NCBI GenBank assembly: GCA_029248105.1
Contig: JAQWJZ010000018.1
Location: 7,596 to 71,595, forward strand
Origin: Flavobacteriales bacterium
GTDB taxonomy: Bacteria; Bacteroidota; Bacteroidia; Flavobacteriales; UBA7312
Reading direction: 5' to 3'
DNA: 64,000 nucleotides
The notes under the pieces were generated by a model, which saw only the letters and a list, made by a program, of their open reading frames with translations, was not told the DNA's origin and ran no database searches. The stretch's first letter is position 1. Every line of letters starts with the position of its first letter. Both the position numbers and the translations under genes were made by a program. Positions 20,156 through 30,576 of the stretch are shown one piece after another.

Positions 20156-21520
20156 ATGAAAAGAACCCTATTTTTTCTTTGTTTTGTTTTAAGCGCTACG
20201 GCTATTTTTGGGCAAAAGACTTGGTCTTTAGAAGATTGTTTGCGTTATGCTCAAGACAATAATATGACCATTAAAAAGGCCTATCTCAATACAGAAATTT
20301 CTAAGCAAAACTATTTTCAATCAAAGATGGCTTTATTGCCAAACCTCAATGGTAATGTTTCAGACAACACCAATTTTGGTCGAAATATTGACCCCGTAAC
20401 CAATCAGATTAACATAGACAGAGTACGTAATAATAATTTTAGTTTGAGTTCATCTGTTACGTTGTTCAATGGTTTTCAGAATATCAATTCTATAAGAAAG
20501 AGCAATTTCGACTATCTATCTTCAAAATACGATGCCGAAAAGATAGCTAATGATATATCAGTTAATATAGTGACTGCCTATTTGCAATTGCTGTATAATT
20601 CGGATTTGGTAGAAGTTAATGAACAGAAAGTAAGTATTTCTGAATTGCAGGTAGAACGTATTTCAAAGATGGTAGAAGTGGGCAGTCTTCCCAAAGGAGA
20701 TTTGTTAAATACGGAATCACAAAAAGCTCAAGAAGAATTGCAGCTTATCAATGCCCAAAACCAAAGAGACATAGCCAAATTGAATTTAATGCAGCTTTTA
20801 GATTTGCCCGTTTCGGAGTCTTTTGCCATTGCTCAACTTAATGTTGAGGTAGATGAAAATTATAATTCTCTAGCTAACGATGCTATTTATTCTCTTGCTG
20901 TTGAAAGCTTACCAGAGGTTAAAAGTGCAGAGACCAAGCTCAAAAGTTCAGAGCGTTCTTTAGCCATTTCGCAAGGGATAAGAAGCCCTCGTTTAAGCAT
21001 GTCTGCTAGTGTAGGGACTGCCTATTCGGATGCTAGCAAGCGTTTAGCTCCATACGATTCATTAGCTTTGCCATTAACACCTGTCTATGAAGACTATCCT
21101 TTTCAAGATCAATTTGACGACAATGTGAATCAGTCCATAAGTTTGAGTTTGAGTATTCCTATATTTAACAATTGGCAAGCCAATGCCTCCGTTAGTAAAG
21201 CTAAGATTGGTGTTCTACAAGCTGAATACGGTTTGCAAGAGGCCAAAAACAATTTGAGGAAAACCATAGAACAAGCTCAGAATGACGCCCTATCGGCACA
21301 AAAAAAATACATAGCGAGTAAAAAGTCTGTGGAATATCAGCAAGAATCTTTTCAGTACACACAAGATAAGTACGATTTGCAACTGCTGAATTCTTACGAT
21401 TATAATAACGCTAAAAACACCCTTTTTAGAGCTGAAACAGATTTGTTACAGTCCAAATACGATTACCTATTTAAAACCAAGATGTTGGATTTTTATATGG
21501 GCAAACCACTTACATTTTAA
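20156..21520 (+). CDS. TolC family outer-membrane efflux protein
   Basis: Signal peptide, LEDCLRYAQDNN start, and two coiled-coil/beta-barrel repeats typical of OEP/TolC. Confidence 0.9.
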   Translation: MKRTLFFLCFVLSATAIFGQKTWSLEDCLRYAQDNNMTIKKAYLNTEISKQNYFQSKMALLPNLNGNVSDNTNFGRNIDPVTNQINIDRVRNNNFSLSSSVTLFNGFQNINSIRKSNFDYLSSKYDAEKIANDISVNIVTAYLQLLYNSDLVEVNEQKVSISELQVERISKMVEVGSLPKGDLLNTESQKAQEELQLINAQNQRDIAKLNLMQLLDLPVSESFAIAQLNVEVDENYNSLANDAIYSLAVESLPEVKSAETKLKSSERSLAISQGIRSPRLSMSASVGTAYSDASKRLAPYDSLALPLTPVYEDYPFQDQFDDNVNQSISLSLSIPIFNNWQANASVSKAKIGVLQAEYGLQEAKNNLRKTIEQAQNDALSAQKKYIASKKSVEYQQESFQYTQDKYDLQLLNSYDYNNAKNTLFRAETDLLQSKYDYLFKTKMLDFYMGKPLTF

Positions 21521-21523
21521 ATT

Positions 21524-22810
21524 ATGATAGTATTTATTCTCTTCATTGTTTCAGGTATTTTATTGTTCTATTTCGGCAAGAAAAAAGAACGCCGTTCAAT
21601 GCGTATTTCTGGAATTTCTTTATTTGTTTTAGGTCTTTTATTACTTATTGCTAAATCTGCAGGTTGGATCTCTTCAGAAGAAGGTATTAGCATACAAACC
21701 ACACTGGTAGATCAGAAAACCATTATTCAGACCGTTTCGGCAAGTGGTAAAATACAACCTGAAGTAGAAGTTAAAATTTCTCCTGACGTTTCTGGCGAAA
21801 TAGTTCAGCTATATATTATGGAAGGTGACCAAGTTGAAAAAGGCGATTTGTTATTAAAGATAAAACCCGACACTTACCAATCCATACTGGACAGGAGTAA
21901 AGCTGCACTAAACACTTCTAAGTCGGCACTTGCTAAAGCCAAAGCTCAATTGATAGAAAGCCAAGCTAACTTTAATAGAAACCAGACGCTTTTTAATAAG
22001 GGCACCATTTCTCAGTCAGAATTTGAGAAAGTACAAGCTTCTTATACCGTAGCTCAGCTTAATGTAGAAGATGGTGAGTATGCGGTGACAAGTGCTGAAG
22101 CGTCCTTGAAGGAAGCCCAAGAGAATTTGAATAAGACAAATATCTACGCTCCTATTAGTGGTACTATTTCTCGTCTTAATGTAGAGTTAGGAGAGCGAGT
22201 AGTAGGAACAGCACAAATGGCTGGTACAGAATTGTTGCGTTTGGCCAATTTGAATAGAATGGAAGTAGCTGTTGAGGTCAACGAGAACGATATCAATAGC
22301 GTAAATTTAGGTGATACGGCTATTATTGAAGTCGATGCTTTTCTAGGAGAAAAGTATAAGGGATTGGTGTCAGAAATTGCCAATTCGGCTAATGTCACAG
22401 GGGCGAGTGCCGACCAAGTGACTAATTTTGAGGTTAAGGTGCGTATTATAAAGGCGGTTAATTTCAGACCTGGCATGACGGCCACAGTCGATATACAATC
22501 CCAACGTGCCAAAGACGTTTTGGCTTTGCCTATACAAGCTGTTACTACCAGAAAAGATACGGCTGGTGGCGATGAAAAAATAGAATGCGTTTTTGAATAC
22601 CAAGAAGGCATAGCTAAAATGATTGTCGTTCAAACAGGCATACAAGACGATGAATATATACAAATCCTTTCAGGAGTTAAAGACAGTATGGAAATTGTCA
22701 AAGGGCCTTACAGCGCAGTCTCTCGATTAATTAAGGATGGTTCTTACCTTGCTAAGGCGGATGGAAGCTATGAATCCAAAGGCAGTAGTATTTCTATAAG
22801 CGTAAATTAA
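21524..22810 (+). CDS. Efflux periplasmic adaptor subunit (HlyD/MFP family)
   Basis: N-terminal TM segment, a lipoyl-like domain (VSGEIVQLYIMEGDQVEKGDLLLKI), a long coiled coil, and IYAPISGTISRLNVELGERV. Confidence 0.9.
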   Translation: MIVFILFIVSGILLFYFGKKKERRSMRISGISLFVLGLLLLIAKSAGWISSEEGISIQTTLVDQKTIIQTVSASGKIQPEVEVKISPDVSGEIVQLYIMEGDQVEKGDLLLKIKPDTYQSILDRSKAALNTSKSALAKAKAQLIESQANFNRNQTLFNKGTISQSEFEKVQASYTVAQLNVEDGEYAVTSAEASLKEAQENLNKTNIYAPISGTISRLNVELGERVVGTAQMAGTELLRLANLNRMEVAVEVNENDINSVNLGDTAIIEVDAFLGEKYKGLVSEIANSANVTGASADQVTNFEVKVRIIKAVNFRPGMTATVDIQSQRAKDVLALPIQAVTTRKDTAGGDEKIECVFEYQEGIAKMIVVQTGIQDDEYIQILSGVKDSMEIVKGPYSAVSRLIKDGSYLAKADGSYESKGSSISISVN

Positions 22811-22813
22811 ACA

Positions 22814-23482
22814 ATGGCATTGATTTTATGTATAGAAACAGCTACCAAAAGTTGCTCCATTGCTTTGGCGAAACAGGGGCAATTGTTGGGCTGCAAAGAA
22901 AGTGTTTCTGAAAACTATTCTCATTCCGAACAACTTACGGTTTTTATTGAAGATTTACTCCAAGAGCATAAACTCTCGGTTAAAGATTTGGATGCCATTG
23001 CTATCAGTTCAGGACCGGGTTCTTATACCGGTTTGCGCATAGGTGCATCTACAGCTAAGGGCTTGTGCTACGCTTTAAACATTCCTTTGATAGCCATTTC
23101 CACTTTGGAAGCTATGGCACAACTTATGGCCGAACAGCACAGCGACAAAACACTTTGTCCTATGATTGACGCTAGACGCATGGAGGTGTATTGCGCTTTG
23201 TTTGGTACAGACCAATCTACAGAAGTACAGGCTAAAGTGATTGATGAGGCTTCCTTTTCTCAAGAGTTAGAACAAGGCTCGATTTTATTTTTTGGCGATG
23301 GGGCAGACAAGTGCCAAGAAACCCTAACACACCCCAACGCTCATTTTGAGTTAGGCATTTACCCTTCGGCAAAAGGAATGATTGCTTTAGCACATCACCA
23401 ATACCAACAACAGAACTTTGAAGATGTGGCTTATTTTGTGCCTTTTTATCTTAAAGAGTTTGTGGCTGGGGTGAAGAAGTAA
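22814..23482 (+). CDS. tsaB: tRNA t6A37 biosynthesis protein TsaB
   Basis: ILCIETATKSCSIAL...SGPGSYTGLRIG is the TsaB/YeaZ signature. Confidence 0.9.
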   Translation: MALILCIETATKSCSIALAKQGQLLGCKESVSENYSHSEQLTVFIEDLLQEHKLSVKDLDAIAISSGPGSYTGLRIGASTAKGLCYALNIPLIAISTLEAMAQLMAEQHSDKTLCPMIDARRMEVYCALFGTDQSTEVQAKVIDEASFSQELEQGSILFFGDGADKCQETLTHPNAHFELGIYPSAKGMIALAHHQYQQQNFEDVAYFVPFYLKEFVAGVKK

Positions 23483-23633
23483 CACACCCCTGATAACTGC
23501 GTTTTCTGTCCCCTCTCAAGAGGGGAGTAATTCATCGTTTAGTGTATAGACTTCACTTTTTTTGTAGCGGAAGTATTTCATAAATCTCCCCTCTTGAGAG
23601 GGGATAGTTTTGCAATGCAAAACAGGGGTGTGT
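23482..23633. repeat. 152-bp GC-rich nested inverted-repeat element (MITE/REP-like or structured RNA)
   Basis: 11-bp termini acacacccctg / caggggtgtgt. Two internal 18-nt hairpins, tcccctctcaagagggga (23509..23526) and its exact reverse complement (23587..23604). An extra hairpin gttttgc-aat-gcaaaac. Confidence 0.7.
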
Positions 23634-23682
23634 CTTTCACAATCCACACATAAAACAAGAATGCGGTTACATTCCTTTTCTC

Positions 23683-23690
23683 TATTTTTG
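23683..23690 (+). promoter_or_regulatory. -7 box TAnnTTTG upstream of the DCC-family gene
   Basis: tatttttg, 5 nt before the ATG at 23696. Confidence 0.5.
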
Positions 23691-23695
23691 CACCG

Positions 23696-24061
23696 ATGAG
23701 TTCTTTATCCATTTACATCGACTCTTGGTGTCCTATGTGTGTTCGTTTTGGGTCTTGGCTCAAGCGTTTGGATATCTTCAACGGTATCCGTCAAGCCGAT
23801 ATACGAACATATGAAGGTACAGCCATTTCGAAAGAAAAAGGCTTACAACAAATAGCTTCTATCAATAGACATTCTCGTGTCTTTTATGGTTACGATAGCA
23901 TTTGGCAAATCGTAGTCAGATTGCCCCTATTGTGGGTGTTTGTACCTGTCTTTTTCATTTTAAAAGTGAGTCGGCTAGGGCATTGGGCTTATAAGGAATT
24001 GGCTATTAAGCGTCAGATTATTCCTTTGCATTGTAAGGAAGAAGACTGCCGCCCTAACTAG
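23696..24061 (+). CDS. Thiol-disulfide oxidoreductase, DCC family (DUF393)
   Basis: N-terminal IYIDSWCPMC (CxxC) with the size and pattern of the DCC family. Confidence 0.75.
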   Translation: MSSLSIYIDSWCPMCVRFGSWLKRLDIFNGIRQADIRTYEGTAISKEKGLQQIASINRHSRVFYGYDSIWQIVVRLPLLWVFVPVFFILKVSRLGHWAYKELAIKRQIIPLHCKEEDCRPN

Positions 24062-24560
24062 CGTTTTGGGCTTTCTTCATGGCCTTTTCTAAAGCTTTGT
24101 GGTCTTGGCTACCAAAAAGCACTTTTCTGCCATTGCTCAACTCCAATTGTAAGCCTTTATCCCCACTCACATTGTAGGCCTTACTTTCAAAACCGAAACG
24201 TATGCCCCAGCCTCCAAACTCTTTGAGGGGAGAATAGGTTCTAGCTTTGAAATTAGTGATGTCTTCAAAAGGAATAAGCCTTTCTTTGAAGTGAACGGGA
24301 AAAAACTGATAGTGCAAACCCTCTTTGCTAACCCTTAGTTTGAGCTTCATAAACCAAAATAGAACGGGCAATCCCAAGCCTACAATTAATGAAAAGCTAA
24401 TGAGTCCTTCGTCACTGAGGGGGTTATCGCCAATGGCATTGCCCATCATCACTTGTTGGTACAGGCCGTACAAGGAAAAAGCAGGAAAAAATAAAAGGAC
24501 TAGCCAGAGCAGTTTTTGTCTAAAATATTGTTCTTCTTTGAAATAGGTCATAATCCTCAA
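24054..24560 (-). CDS. Hypothetical membrane protein (2 TM segments plus a PH-like C-terminal domain)
   Basis: ORF with two hydrophobic helices. No confident family. Confidence 0.4.
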   Translation of the reverse strand: MRIMTYFKEEQYFRQKLLWLVLLFFPAFSLYGLYQQVMMGNAIGDNPLSDEGLISFSLIVGLGLPVLFWFMKLKLRVSKEGLHYQFFPVHFKERLIPFEDITNFKARTYSPLKEFGGWGIRFGFESKAYNVSGDKGLQLELSNGRKVLFGSQDHKALEKAMKKAQNAS

Positions 24561-24575
24561 AAATAAGATTAAATC

Positions 24576-24923
24576 TTATTTTAATGAATCACTTCTAGAA
24601 AGATTATTTTCAATTTCTTCTTGACTTAATTTATCCATGAAAACTTGAAATTTCCTTTCACTACTTCTATCTTTACTGTCTGCCGACCATGATACGTGAA
24701 CAACCTTTAAATCTTCCTCACCATCCAATTGTATTGTCTTTGACGCTTTACCATAAAGGATGTCTTTATCGATTTGATCATCAGCATAATCCATCATTTC
24801 ATTAATAATTTCGAATTCTTGGTCATCTGAATTGGAGGAGTTCTTTTCACATTCAGACTGTGTGCAGCTTTGAAAGCTAAAAGATAGAATGAGTACAACT
24901 ACTAAGTGTTGGATTTTTTTCAT
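24576..24923 (-). CDS. Hypothetical lipoprotein
   Basis: Signal peptide with a lipobox-like ...SFQSC and an acidic mature part. Confidence 0.4.
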   Translation of the reverse strand: MKKIQHLVVVLILSFSFQSCTQSECEKNSSNSDDQEFEIINEMMDYADDQIDKDILYGKASKTIQLDGEEDLKVVHVSWSADSKDRSSERKFQVFMDKLSQEEIENNLSRSDSLK

Positions 24924-24961
24924 GATTTTAAGTTTTAATTATTATGCAAAACTAATAAAAA

Positions 24962-27058
24962 TCAGGGCATTAATTCAAAGGCTTGTTTAACATCTGTAGT
25001 GGGTAGCTGACAGCTTTTGTTTTGACAGATGTAAATGGTAGTCTGACCAGCTATCATTTTGTTTTTTAATAAAGGTAAATCACTTTCTTTGTCGCTTCCT
25101 AATATTAAACTATTAGGCTGATAGTTTTCTTGCAAATCCATCGATTTTTCAAGGGCATCAGTTCCTACAATTGCAATTTCGTAAAAGGGTGCTACTTGTT
25201 TGAGCATCAAATTAGCCCAATTGGAATAGCCCGAACCGTAAGAGGGCATATCGTTTTTTATATTGTTAAGTTGCACTTTAGCCATATTCAAATAGTCGCT
25301 ATCGTTCAAAAGCTGACCCAATACAAAGAGGTTGTTCGCCATGACGGAGGAGGAGGCTGGAATGACATTATCGTTGATTTCCATTTTTCGTGCAACCAAT
25401 GGTGCATCTTCATCCGAAGTGAAATAAAACATTCCGCTTTGACTGTCGTAAAAATGAGTTTTGCAATAGTCCATTAATACTTGTGCTTGACTGAGCCATT
25501 GCTCGTCAAAAGTAGCTTGATACAAACGGATAAAAGCTTCAATGGTAAAGGCGTAATCCTCCAAGAAAGCGTTGATACTGGACTTGCCGTCTTTATAAGA
25601 ATGCCATAAAGAATTATCGCTTCGCCACTGTTTATCTATGATGAATGCGGCATTCTTTAAGGCTTTGTTTAAGTAGCCTTTGCGCCCCAAAGCTAGATAT
25701 GCATCGGTATAGGCTTTGCACATGAGTGCATTCCAAGAGGTTAAGGATTTGTCGTCTAAAGCCGGTCGAATCCGTTCTTCTCTCTCGCTCAGTAGTTGCC
25801 TTTGCCAAGATTTTACTTTTACTTTCAAAGTTCCGAGATCTATTTTTTCTTTTTCGCAAAAGGCTTCGTCCGTCTGATCCTTGAGTAAGATATAATTGCC
25901 GTATTCCCAAAACCCTTTGCTATTGATGTTGTAGTATTTAGCAAAAAGAGAATAATCATCGTCTAGCAAACTTTTCAACTCTTCTTTTTTCCAGACATAA
26001 AACTTTCCCTCTACACCCTCGCTATCGGCATCTAAAGCAGAATAAAATGCGCCGTTTTCGTGGCTCAATTCTCTTTCTATAAAAGCAAGGGTTTGTTCCA
26101 CAACTTCTTTGTACATATCTTCTCCAAAGCAAGAATAGGCTTCGCTATATAAGCTTACCAATTGGGCATTATCATAAAGCATCTTTTCAAAGTGAGGAAT
26201 TTTCCATAGCTCATCCGTAGAATAACGGGCAAAGCCACCACCCACTTGATCGTAGATGCCACCAAAGGCCATTTTTTCTAAAGTTAGTTGAACATAATCA
26301 CTGATAAGCTGGTCTTTTTTAAGGTGGGCATATCGCATCAAAAAAGTGTAGTTGTTGGGTATAGGAAACTTGGGCGAACGGTTTGCCCCTCCTTCTTTGT
26401 AGTCGAATTGTTTGCTCCATGGCTCAAGCATATTGTCCAAGTCTTGCCACGAGAAAATAGCATCGCTGTTGTTGTAAGCTACCAATTCAGATTGCTGAAT
26501 ACCTGCGGCTAATTTTTCAGCATACTCAATCATATCTTGTGGTCTTTCTTCGTAAAAGTTAGCTACTTGATTGATTTGTTCCATCCATTGCCCCTTAGGA
26601 AAATAAGTTCCTCCCCAAACGGGTTTGCCATCTGGCAATGCGATGCAGTTCAGTGGCCACCCTCCTCTTTGCTGCATAAGCTGAACGGCATTCATATACA
26701 CTTGGTCTATGTCAGGTCGTTCTTCTCGGTCCACCTTAATATTGATGAACCTCTCGTTCATGAGCCTAGCCACTTCTTGGTCTTCAAAACTTTCGTGTTC
26801 CATAACGTGACACCAATGACAAGCCGAATAACCTATACTAATGATAAGGAGTTTGCCTTCTTCTTGGGCTTTTTTTAGTGTCTGTTCATTCCAAGGATAC
26901 CAATCCACTGGATTGTGGGCGTGTTGCAATAAATAGGGACTGCTTTCGTCGACTAAAGCATTGGTATATGGTTGTGTATTCATTTTGGTTGTCTGTCCGT
27001 TGCAACTCACTATTAGCACCATTAAAAATAAAATGGAGTAGAAAGTTTTCATCCCCAA
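24962..27058 (-). CDS. Thioredoxin-domain protein, YyaL/DUF255 family (thioredoxin + (alpha/alpha)6 domain)
   Basis: [18 protein letters not shown] motif and ~700 aa length. Confidence 0.9.
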   Translation of the reverse strand: MGMKTFYSILFLMVLIVSCNGQTTKMNTQPYTNALVDESSPYLLQHAHNPVDWYPWNEQTLKKAQEEGKLLIISIGYSACHWCHVMEHESFEDQEVARLMNERFINIKVDREERPDIDQVYMNAVQLMQQRGGWPLNCIALPDGKPVWGGTYFPKGQWMEQINQVANFYEERPQDMIEYAEKLAAGIQQSELVAYNNSDAIFSWQDLDNMLEPWSKQFDYKEGGANRSPKFPIPNNYTFLMRYAHLKKDQLISDYVQLTLEKMAFGGIYDQVGGGFARYSTDELWKIPHFEKMLYDNAQLVSLYSEAYSCFGEDMYKEVVEQTLAFIERELSHENGAFYSALDADSEGVEGKFYVWKKEELKSLLDDDYSLFAKYYNINSKGFWEYGNYILLKDQTDEAFCEKEKIDLGTLKVKVKSWQRQLLSEREERIRPALDDKSLTSWNALMCKAYTDAYLALGRKGYLNKALKNAAFIIDKQWRSDNSLWHSYKDGKSSINAFLEDYAFTIEAFIRLYQATFDEQWLSQAQVLMDYCKTHFYDSQSGMFYFTSDEDAPLVARKMEINDNVIPASSSVMANNLFVLGQLLNDSDYLNMAKVQLNNIKNDMPSYGSGYSNWANLMLKQVAPFYEIAIVGTDALEKSMDLQENYQPNSLILGSDKESDLPLLKNKMIAGQTTIYICQNKSCQLPTTDVKQAFELMP

Positions 27059-27151
27059 ATTTAAACTATTTGTAGATCGTTAAATGTTCGTTTGTACTTG
27101 CTACTCATGATTTGAATTTACAATTGAATGAACAATTAGGCACATTTAAAA

Positions 27152-28540
27152 CTATTGGTTTAACTCTTTAAATTTGGTAAAAAAGTGTGGAATAGTTTCG
27201 ATTCCTTTGAAATAATTGAATAAACCGTAATGCTCATTAGGAGAGTGGATAGCGTCACTGTCTAAGCCAAATCCCATAAGTATAGATTTTACACCCAGTT
27301 CTTGTTCAAACAAGGCTACAATAGGAATACTCCCACCACTTCTTACTGGCACTGGTTTTTTGCCATAGGTTGCTTCCATAGCAGCACTAGCAGCTAAGTA
27401 AGCAGGACTGTCTGTAGGTGCTACATAAGGTTCGCCTCCATGGTGTGGGCGCACATCTACTTTAACACTTTTCGGAGCGATTTTCTTAAAATGGTCTTCA
27501 AACATTTTGGTGATTTCTGCATCACTCTGATTGGGGACAAGACGCATGGAGATTTTAGCAAATGCCTTAGATGCAATAACTGTTTTAGCACCTTCGCCGG
27601 TATAACCTCCCCACATGCCATTGACATCAAGGGTAGGGCGAATGCCTGTTCTTTCCATAGTGCTATAGCCTTCTTCACCATGAATATCGCTAAGGTCTAG
27701 TGCTTTCTTATAGTGATCTAGTGAGAAAGGTGCTCGTGCCATGTCTTCCCTTTCTTGTGCTGATAATTCAACCACTTTGTCATAAAAGCCAGGAATGCTT
27801 ATATGATTGTTTTCATCTTTTAAAGAGGCTATCATTTCACACAATACATTGATAGGATTGGCTACAGCTCCACCGTATAGTCCAGAATGTAAATCTCGGT
27901 TCGGACCTGTAACTTCTACTTCAACATAGCTCAAGCCTTTGAGACCTGTTGTAATAGAAGGGGTGTCGTTAGCAATAATGCCAGTATCGGAAATAAGTAT
28001 AGCATCACACTCCAAACGTTCTTTGTTGGCTTTCACAAAGTCGCCCAAATTATCAGAGCCTACTTCTTCTTCACCTTCAATCATAAACTTAACATTACAA
28101 GCTAAGGTGTTGGTTTGCATCATCAACTCAAATGCTTTGACGTGCATAAACATTTGCCCTTTGTCATCGCAAGCCCCACGAGCAAAAATTGCGCCATCAG
28201 GGTGTATGTCTGTCGTTTTGATTACGGGTTCAAAGGGTCCGCTTTCCCACAGTTCTAGAGGATCAGCCGGTTGCACATCGTAATGTCCATAAACCAAAAC
28301 TGTTGGCAGATTAGGGTCTATAATTTTTTCGCCATAGACAATAGGATATCCAGCGGTCTGACATATTTCAACTTTTTCGGCACCAGCTTTTTCCAAATGG
28401 TCTCTGACGGATTCGGCACAAGCGTGAACATCCTTACTGTATGCTGGGTCTGCACTAATGGATGGTATTCTAAGCAAATCCATCAATTCATTTACAAATC
28501 GGTCTTTATTTTCTTTAATGTATGTGTTAATGTGTTCCAT
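27152..28540 (-). CDS. M20 family dipeptidase
   Basis: GHYDVQPADP, ARGACDDKG and EGEEEVGS are M20 metal-ligand motifs. Confidence 0.9.
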   Translation of the reverse strand: MEHINTYIKENKDRFVNELMDLLRIPSISADPAYSKDVHACAESVRDHLEKAGAEKVEICQTAGYPIVYGEKIIDPNLPTVLVYGHYDVQPADPLELWESGPFEPVIKTTDIHPDGAIFARGACDDKGQMFMHVKAFELMMQTNTLACNVKFMIEGEEEVGSDNLGDFVKANKERLECDAILISDTGIIANDTPSITTGLKGLSYVEVEVTGPNRDLHSGLYGGAVANPINVLCEMIASLKDENNHISIPGFYDKVVELSAQEREDMARAPFSLDHYKKALDLSDIHGEEGYSTMERTGIRPTLDVNGMWGGYTGEGAKTVIASKAFAKISMRLVPNQSDAEITKMFEDHFKKIAPKSVKVDVRPHHGGEPYVAPTDSPAYLAASAAMEATYGKKPVPVRSGGSIPIVALFEQELGVKSILMGFGLDSDAIHSPNEHYGLFNYFKGIETIPHFFTKFKELNQ

Positions 28541-28542
28541 AA

Positions 28543-30057
28543 TTATACTAGGCTATTTCCTGTCATTTCTGGGGGTATGTTTACTCCCAGAAGGGTTAAT
28601 ATTGTTGGGGCTATGTCGCCCAGTTTTCCGTTTTTTATGCTGTCGTAATCAGTATTTAATAAAAAGCAAGGGACTAAGTTCGTAGTGTGGGCTGTGTTGG
28701 GGCTACCATCAGTATTAATGGCAAAATCTGCATTACCATGATCAGCAATAATAATAAAGGCGTAATCGCTTTTCAAACCTGCATTAACGACTTCTTTAGT
28801 GCATTGGTCAACCGTTTCTACGGCTTTCATAATAGCATTGTAATCGCCAGTATGCCCTACCATATCTGGGTTGGCAAAGTTAAGGCATACAAAGTCGGCA
28901 GTGCTGCCCTCTAACTCAGGAACTATTTTGTCCACTACTTCGAGTGCACTCATCTCAGGTTGTAAATCGTAGGTTGCTACTTGAGGTGATTTTGCCATAA
29001 GTCGTTTTTCTCCTTCGAATTCGGCTTCTCGTCCTCCTGAAAAGAAGAAAGTAACGTGAGGGTATTTTTCGGTTTCTGCAATACGTATTTGCTTCAGGCC
29101 ATTTTCGGCAACCACTTGACCTAGCGTATTGTTCAGGTTGTCTTTTTCGAAGATAACATTTACATCTTTGAAGTTTTTATCATACATCGTCATAGTAGTG
29201 TAGTGTAAAACTAAGGCCTCCATCTGAAATTCTGTCTTGTCTTCTTGGGTCAGTACGCTAGTGATTTCTCTGCATCTATCTGTTCTAAAGTTGAAGCATA
29301 TTACAGCATCGCTTTCTTGGATTCTAGCTATTGGGTCATCATTATCATCTACACAGACTATGGGTTTTATAAACTCATCTGTGATATTTGTATTGTAGGA
29401 ATCTTGTATGCTTTGACAAATGTCTTGTGTCTTTTCACCATGTCCATTGGTCAATAAATCGTATGCTAATTTTATACGTTCCCAACGGTTGTCCCTATCC
29501 ATGGCGTAATACCTGCCACAAACAGAGGCAATTTTTGCACCGTGAAGGTTGTTCTCTAAGTCTTGTAGAAATCCTTTACCGCTTTTAGGGTCGGTATCTC
29601 TGCCGTCGGTAAAAGCGTGAATATAAACCTCTCTTAATCCGGCTTTTTGGGCCAATCGGCACAATTCAAAAAGGTGTTTGGAATGTGAATGTATTCCTCC
29701 ATCTGAAACTAAACCCATTAGGTGTAAGGGTTTGTTATTTTCTTTTGCATAGTTGAAAGTGGCCTGTAATTTGGGCATACTTTCTAAGGTGTTTTCAGCA
29801 CATGCTTTGTTGATTTTTGCTAAGTCTTGGTAAACAATACGACCAGCGCCAATGTTGAGGTGACCGACTTCAGAGTTGCCCATTTGCCCCTCTGGTAATC
29901 CCACTTCTAAACCGTCAGTTTTAAGTTCTGAATTAGGATAATCGTGGTATAACGAATCGATAAAAGGGGTGTTGGCATGGTGTATAGCATCGGACTTTGT
30001 ACGGTCACCATGTCCCCAACCATCCAAAATCATTAAAACCGTCTTCTTTCCTCGCAT
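28543..30057 (-). CDS. gpmI: 2,3-bisphosphoglycerate-independent phosphoglycerate mutase
   Basis: VLMILDGWG...MGNSEVGHLNIGAGR...ADHGNA are iPGM motifs. Confidence 0.95.
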   Translation of the reverse strand: MRGKKTVLMILDGWGHGDRTKSDAIHHANTPFIDSLYHDYPNSELKTDGLEVGLPEGQMGNSEVGHLNIGAGRIVYQDLAKINKACAENTLESMPKLQATFNYAKENNKPLHLMGLVSDGGIHSHSKHLFELCRLAQKAGLREVYIHAFTDGRDTDPKSGKGFLQDLENNLHGAKIASVCGRYYAMDRDNRWERIKLAYDLLTNGHGEKTQDICQSIQDSYNTNITDEFIKPIVCVDDNDDPIARIQESDAVICFNFRTDRCREITSVLTQEDKTEFQMEALVLHYTTMTMYDKNFKDVNVIFEKDNLNNTLGQVVAENGLKQIRIAETEKYPHVTFFFSGGREAEFEGEKRLMAKSPQVATYDLQPEMSALEVVDKIVPELEGSTADFVCLNFANPDMVGHTGDYNAIMKAVETVDQCTKEVVNAGLKSDYAFIIIADHGNADFAINTDGSPNTAHTTNLVPCFLLNTDYDSIKNGKLGDIAPTILTLLGVNIPPEMTGNSLV

Positions 30058-30063
30058 AGTTCA

Positions 30064-30071
30064 CAAAGATA
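30064..30071 (-). promoter_or_regulatory. -7 box TAnnTTTG (minus strand) upstream of gpmI
   Basis: Plus-strand caaagata reads tatctttg on the minus strand, 6 nt before the gpmI ATG (30057). Confidence 0.5.
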
Positions 30072-30117
30072 ATGGCTTTATCATCAATAATAAAATGAAT
30101 AAAAGAAAAGATAAAAA

Positions 30118-30555
30118 TTAGTGAAGCCAGTTTTTTGTAATTGCAAATTTTGAAAACCAAACCAAGAAGACCCCATAAACAATGACTATTATTGGCATTA
30201 TGAGCGTTTCTACTAAACCATAAACTTCAATAGATGAAGTGAAAAATATATTGTAGCTCATTTGAATCAGTATGGCGATTAACGAAATTTTAAATATAGG
30301 ATGGCTCATTTGTTGTCTTGCTAAAAGCATGATAGAGCCCACAAAACCTGTCAATACTGCAATGGCAAAAACAACACTTACCCATAGGGGAAAACTGTTG
30401 TATAAACTTTGTTCTTTTTCTGATAGTAAGGCTAAGGCTTCCTCACTAATAAAAGTATGTCCTACAAATGAAAATATTCCCATAATATTCCATAACAAAG
30501 AAACAATTCCAATAATCCAAAACCAACTGGGTAGCTTCTTTTGAAGTGTGTTCAT
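30118..30555 (-). CDS. Hypothetical 4-TM membrane protein
   Basis: ORF with four hydrophobic helices. No confident family. Confidence 0.4.
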   Translation of the reverse strand: MNTLQKKLPSWFWIIGIVSLLWNIMGIFSFVGHTFISEEALALLSEKEQSLYNSFPLWVSVVFAIAVLTGFVGSIMLLARQQMSHPIFKISLIAILIQMSYNIFFTSSIEVYGLVETLIMPIIVIVYGVFLVWFSKFAITKNWLH

Positions 30556-30576
30556 ATTTTTTATTTAATAATACAT

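Noticed and set aside
22144-22611. 155-aa antisense ORF inside the HlyD-type adaptor gene. Similar antisense ORFs occur at 60662..61099 (in gap), 25130..25477 and 26537..26878 (in the YyaL-like gene), 27939..28648 (in the M20 dipeptidase), 40590..40916, 44543..45411 and elsewhere.
   Set aside because: Each lies wholly within a CDS on the other strand that has clear family motifs. Their translations are low-complexity or odd in composition, with no recognisable motif or promoter. I treat them as frame shadows.
20156-22810. TolC + adaptor pair with no adjacent inner-membrane pump, as a possible novel two-component exporter
   Set aside because: MacB/ABC or RND partners are often encoded elsewhere. 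The absence from this window is not evidence of novelty.
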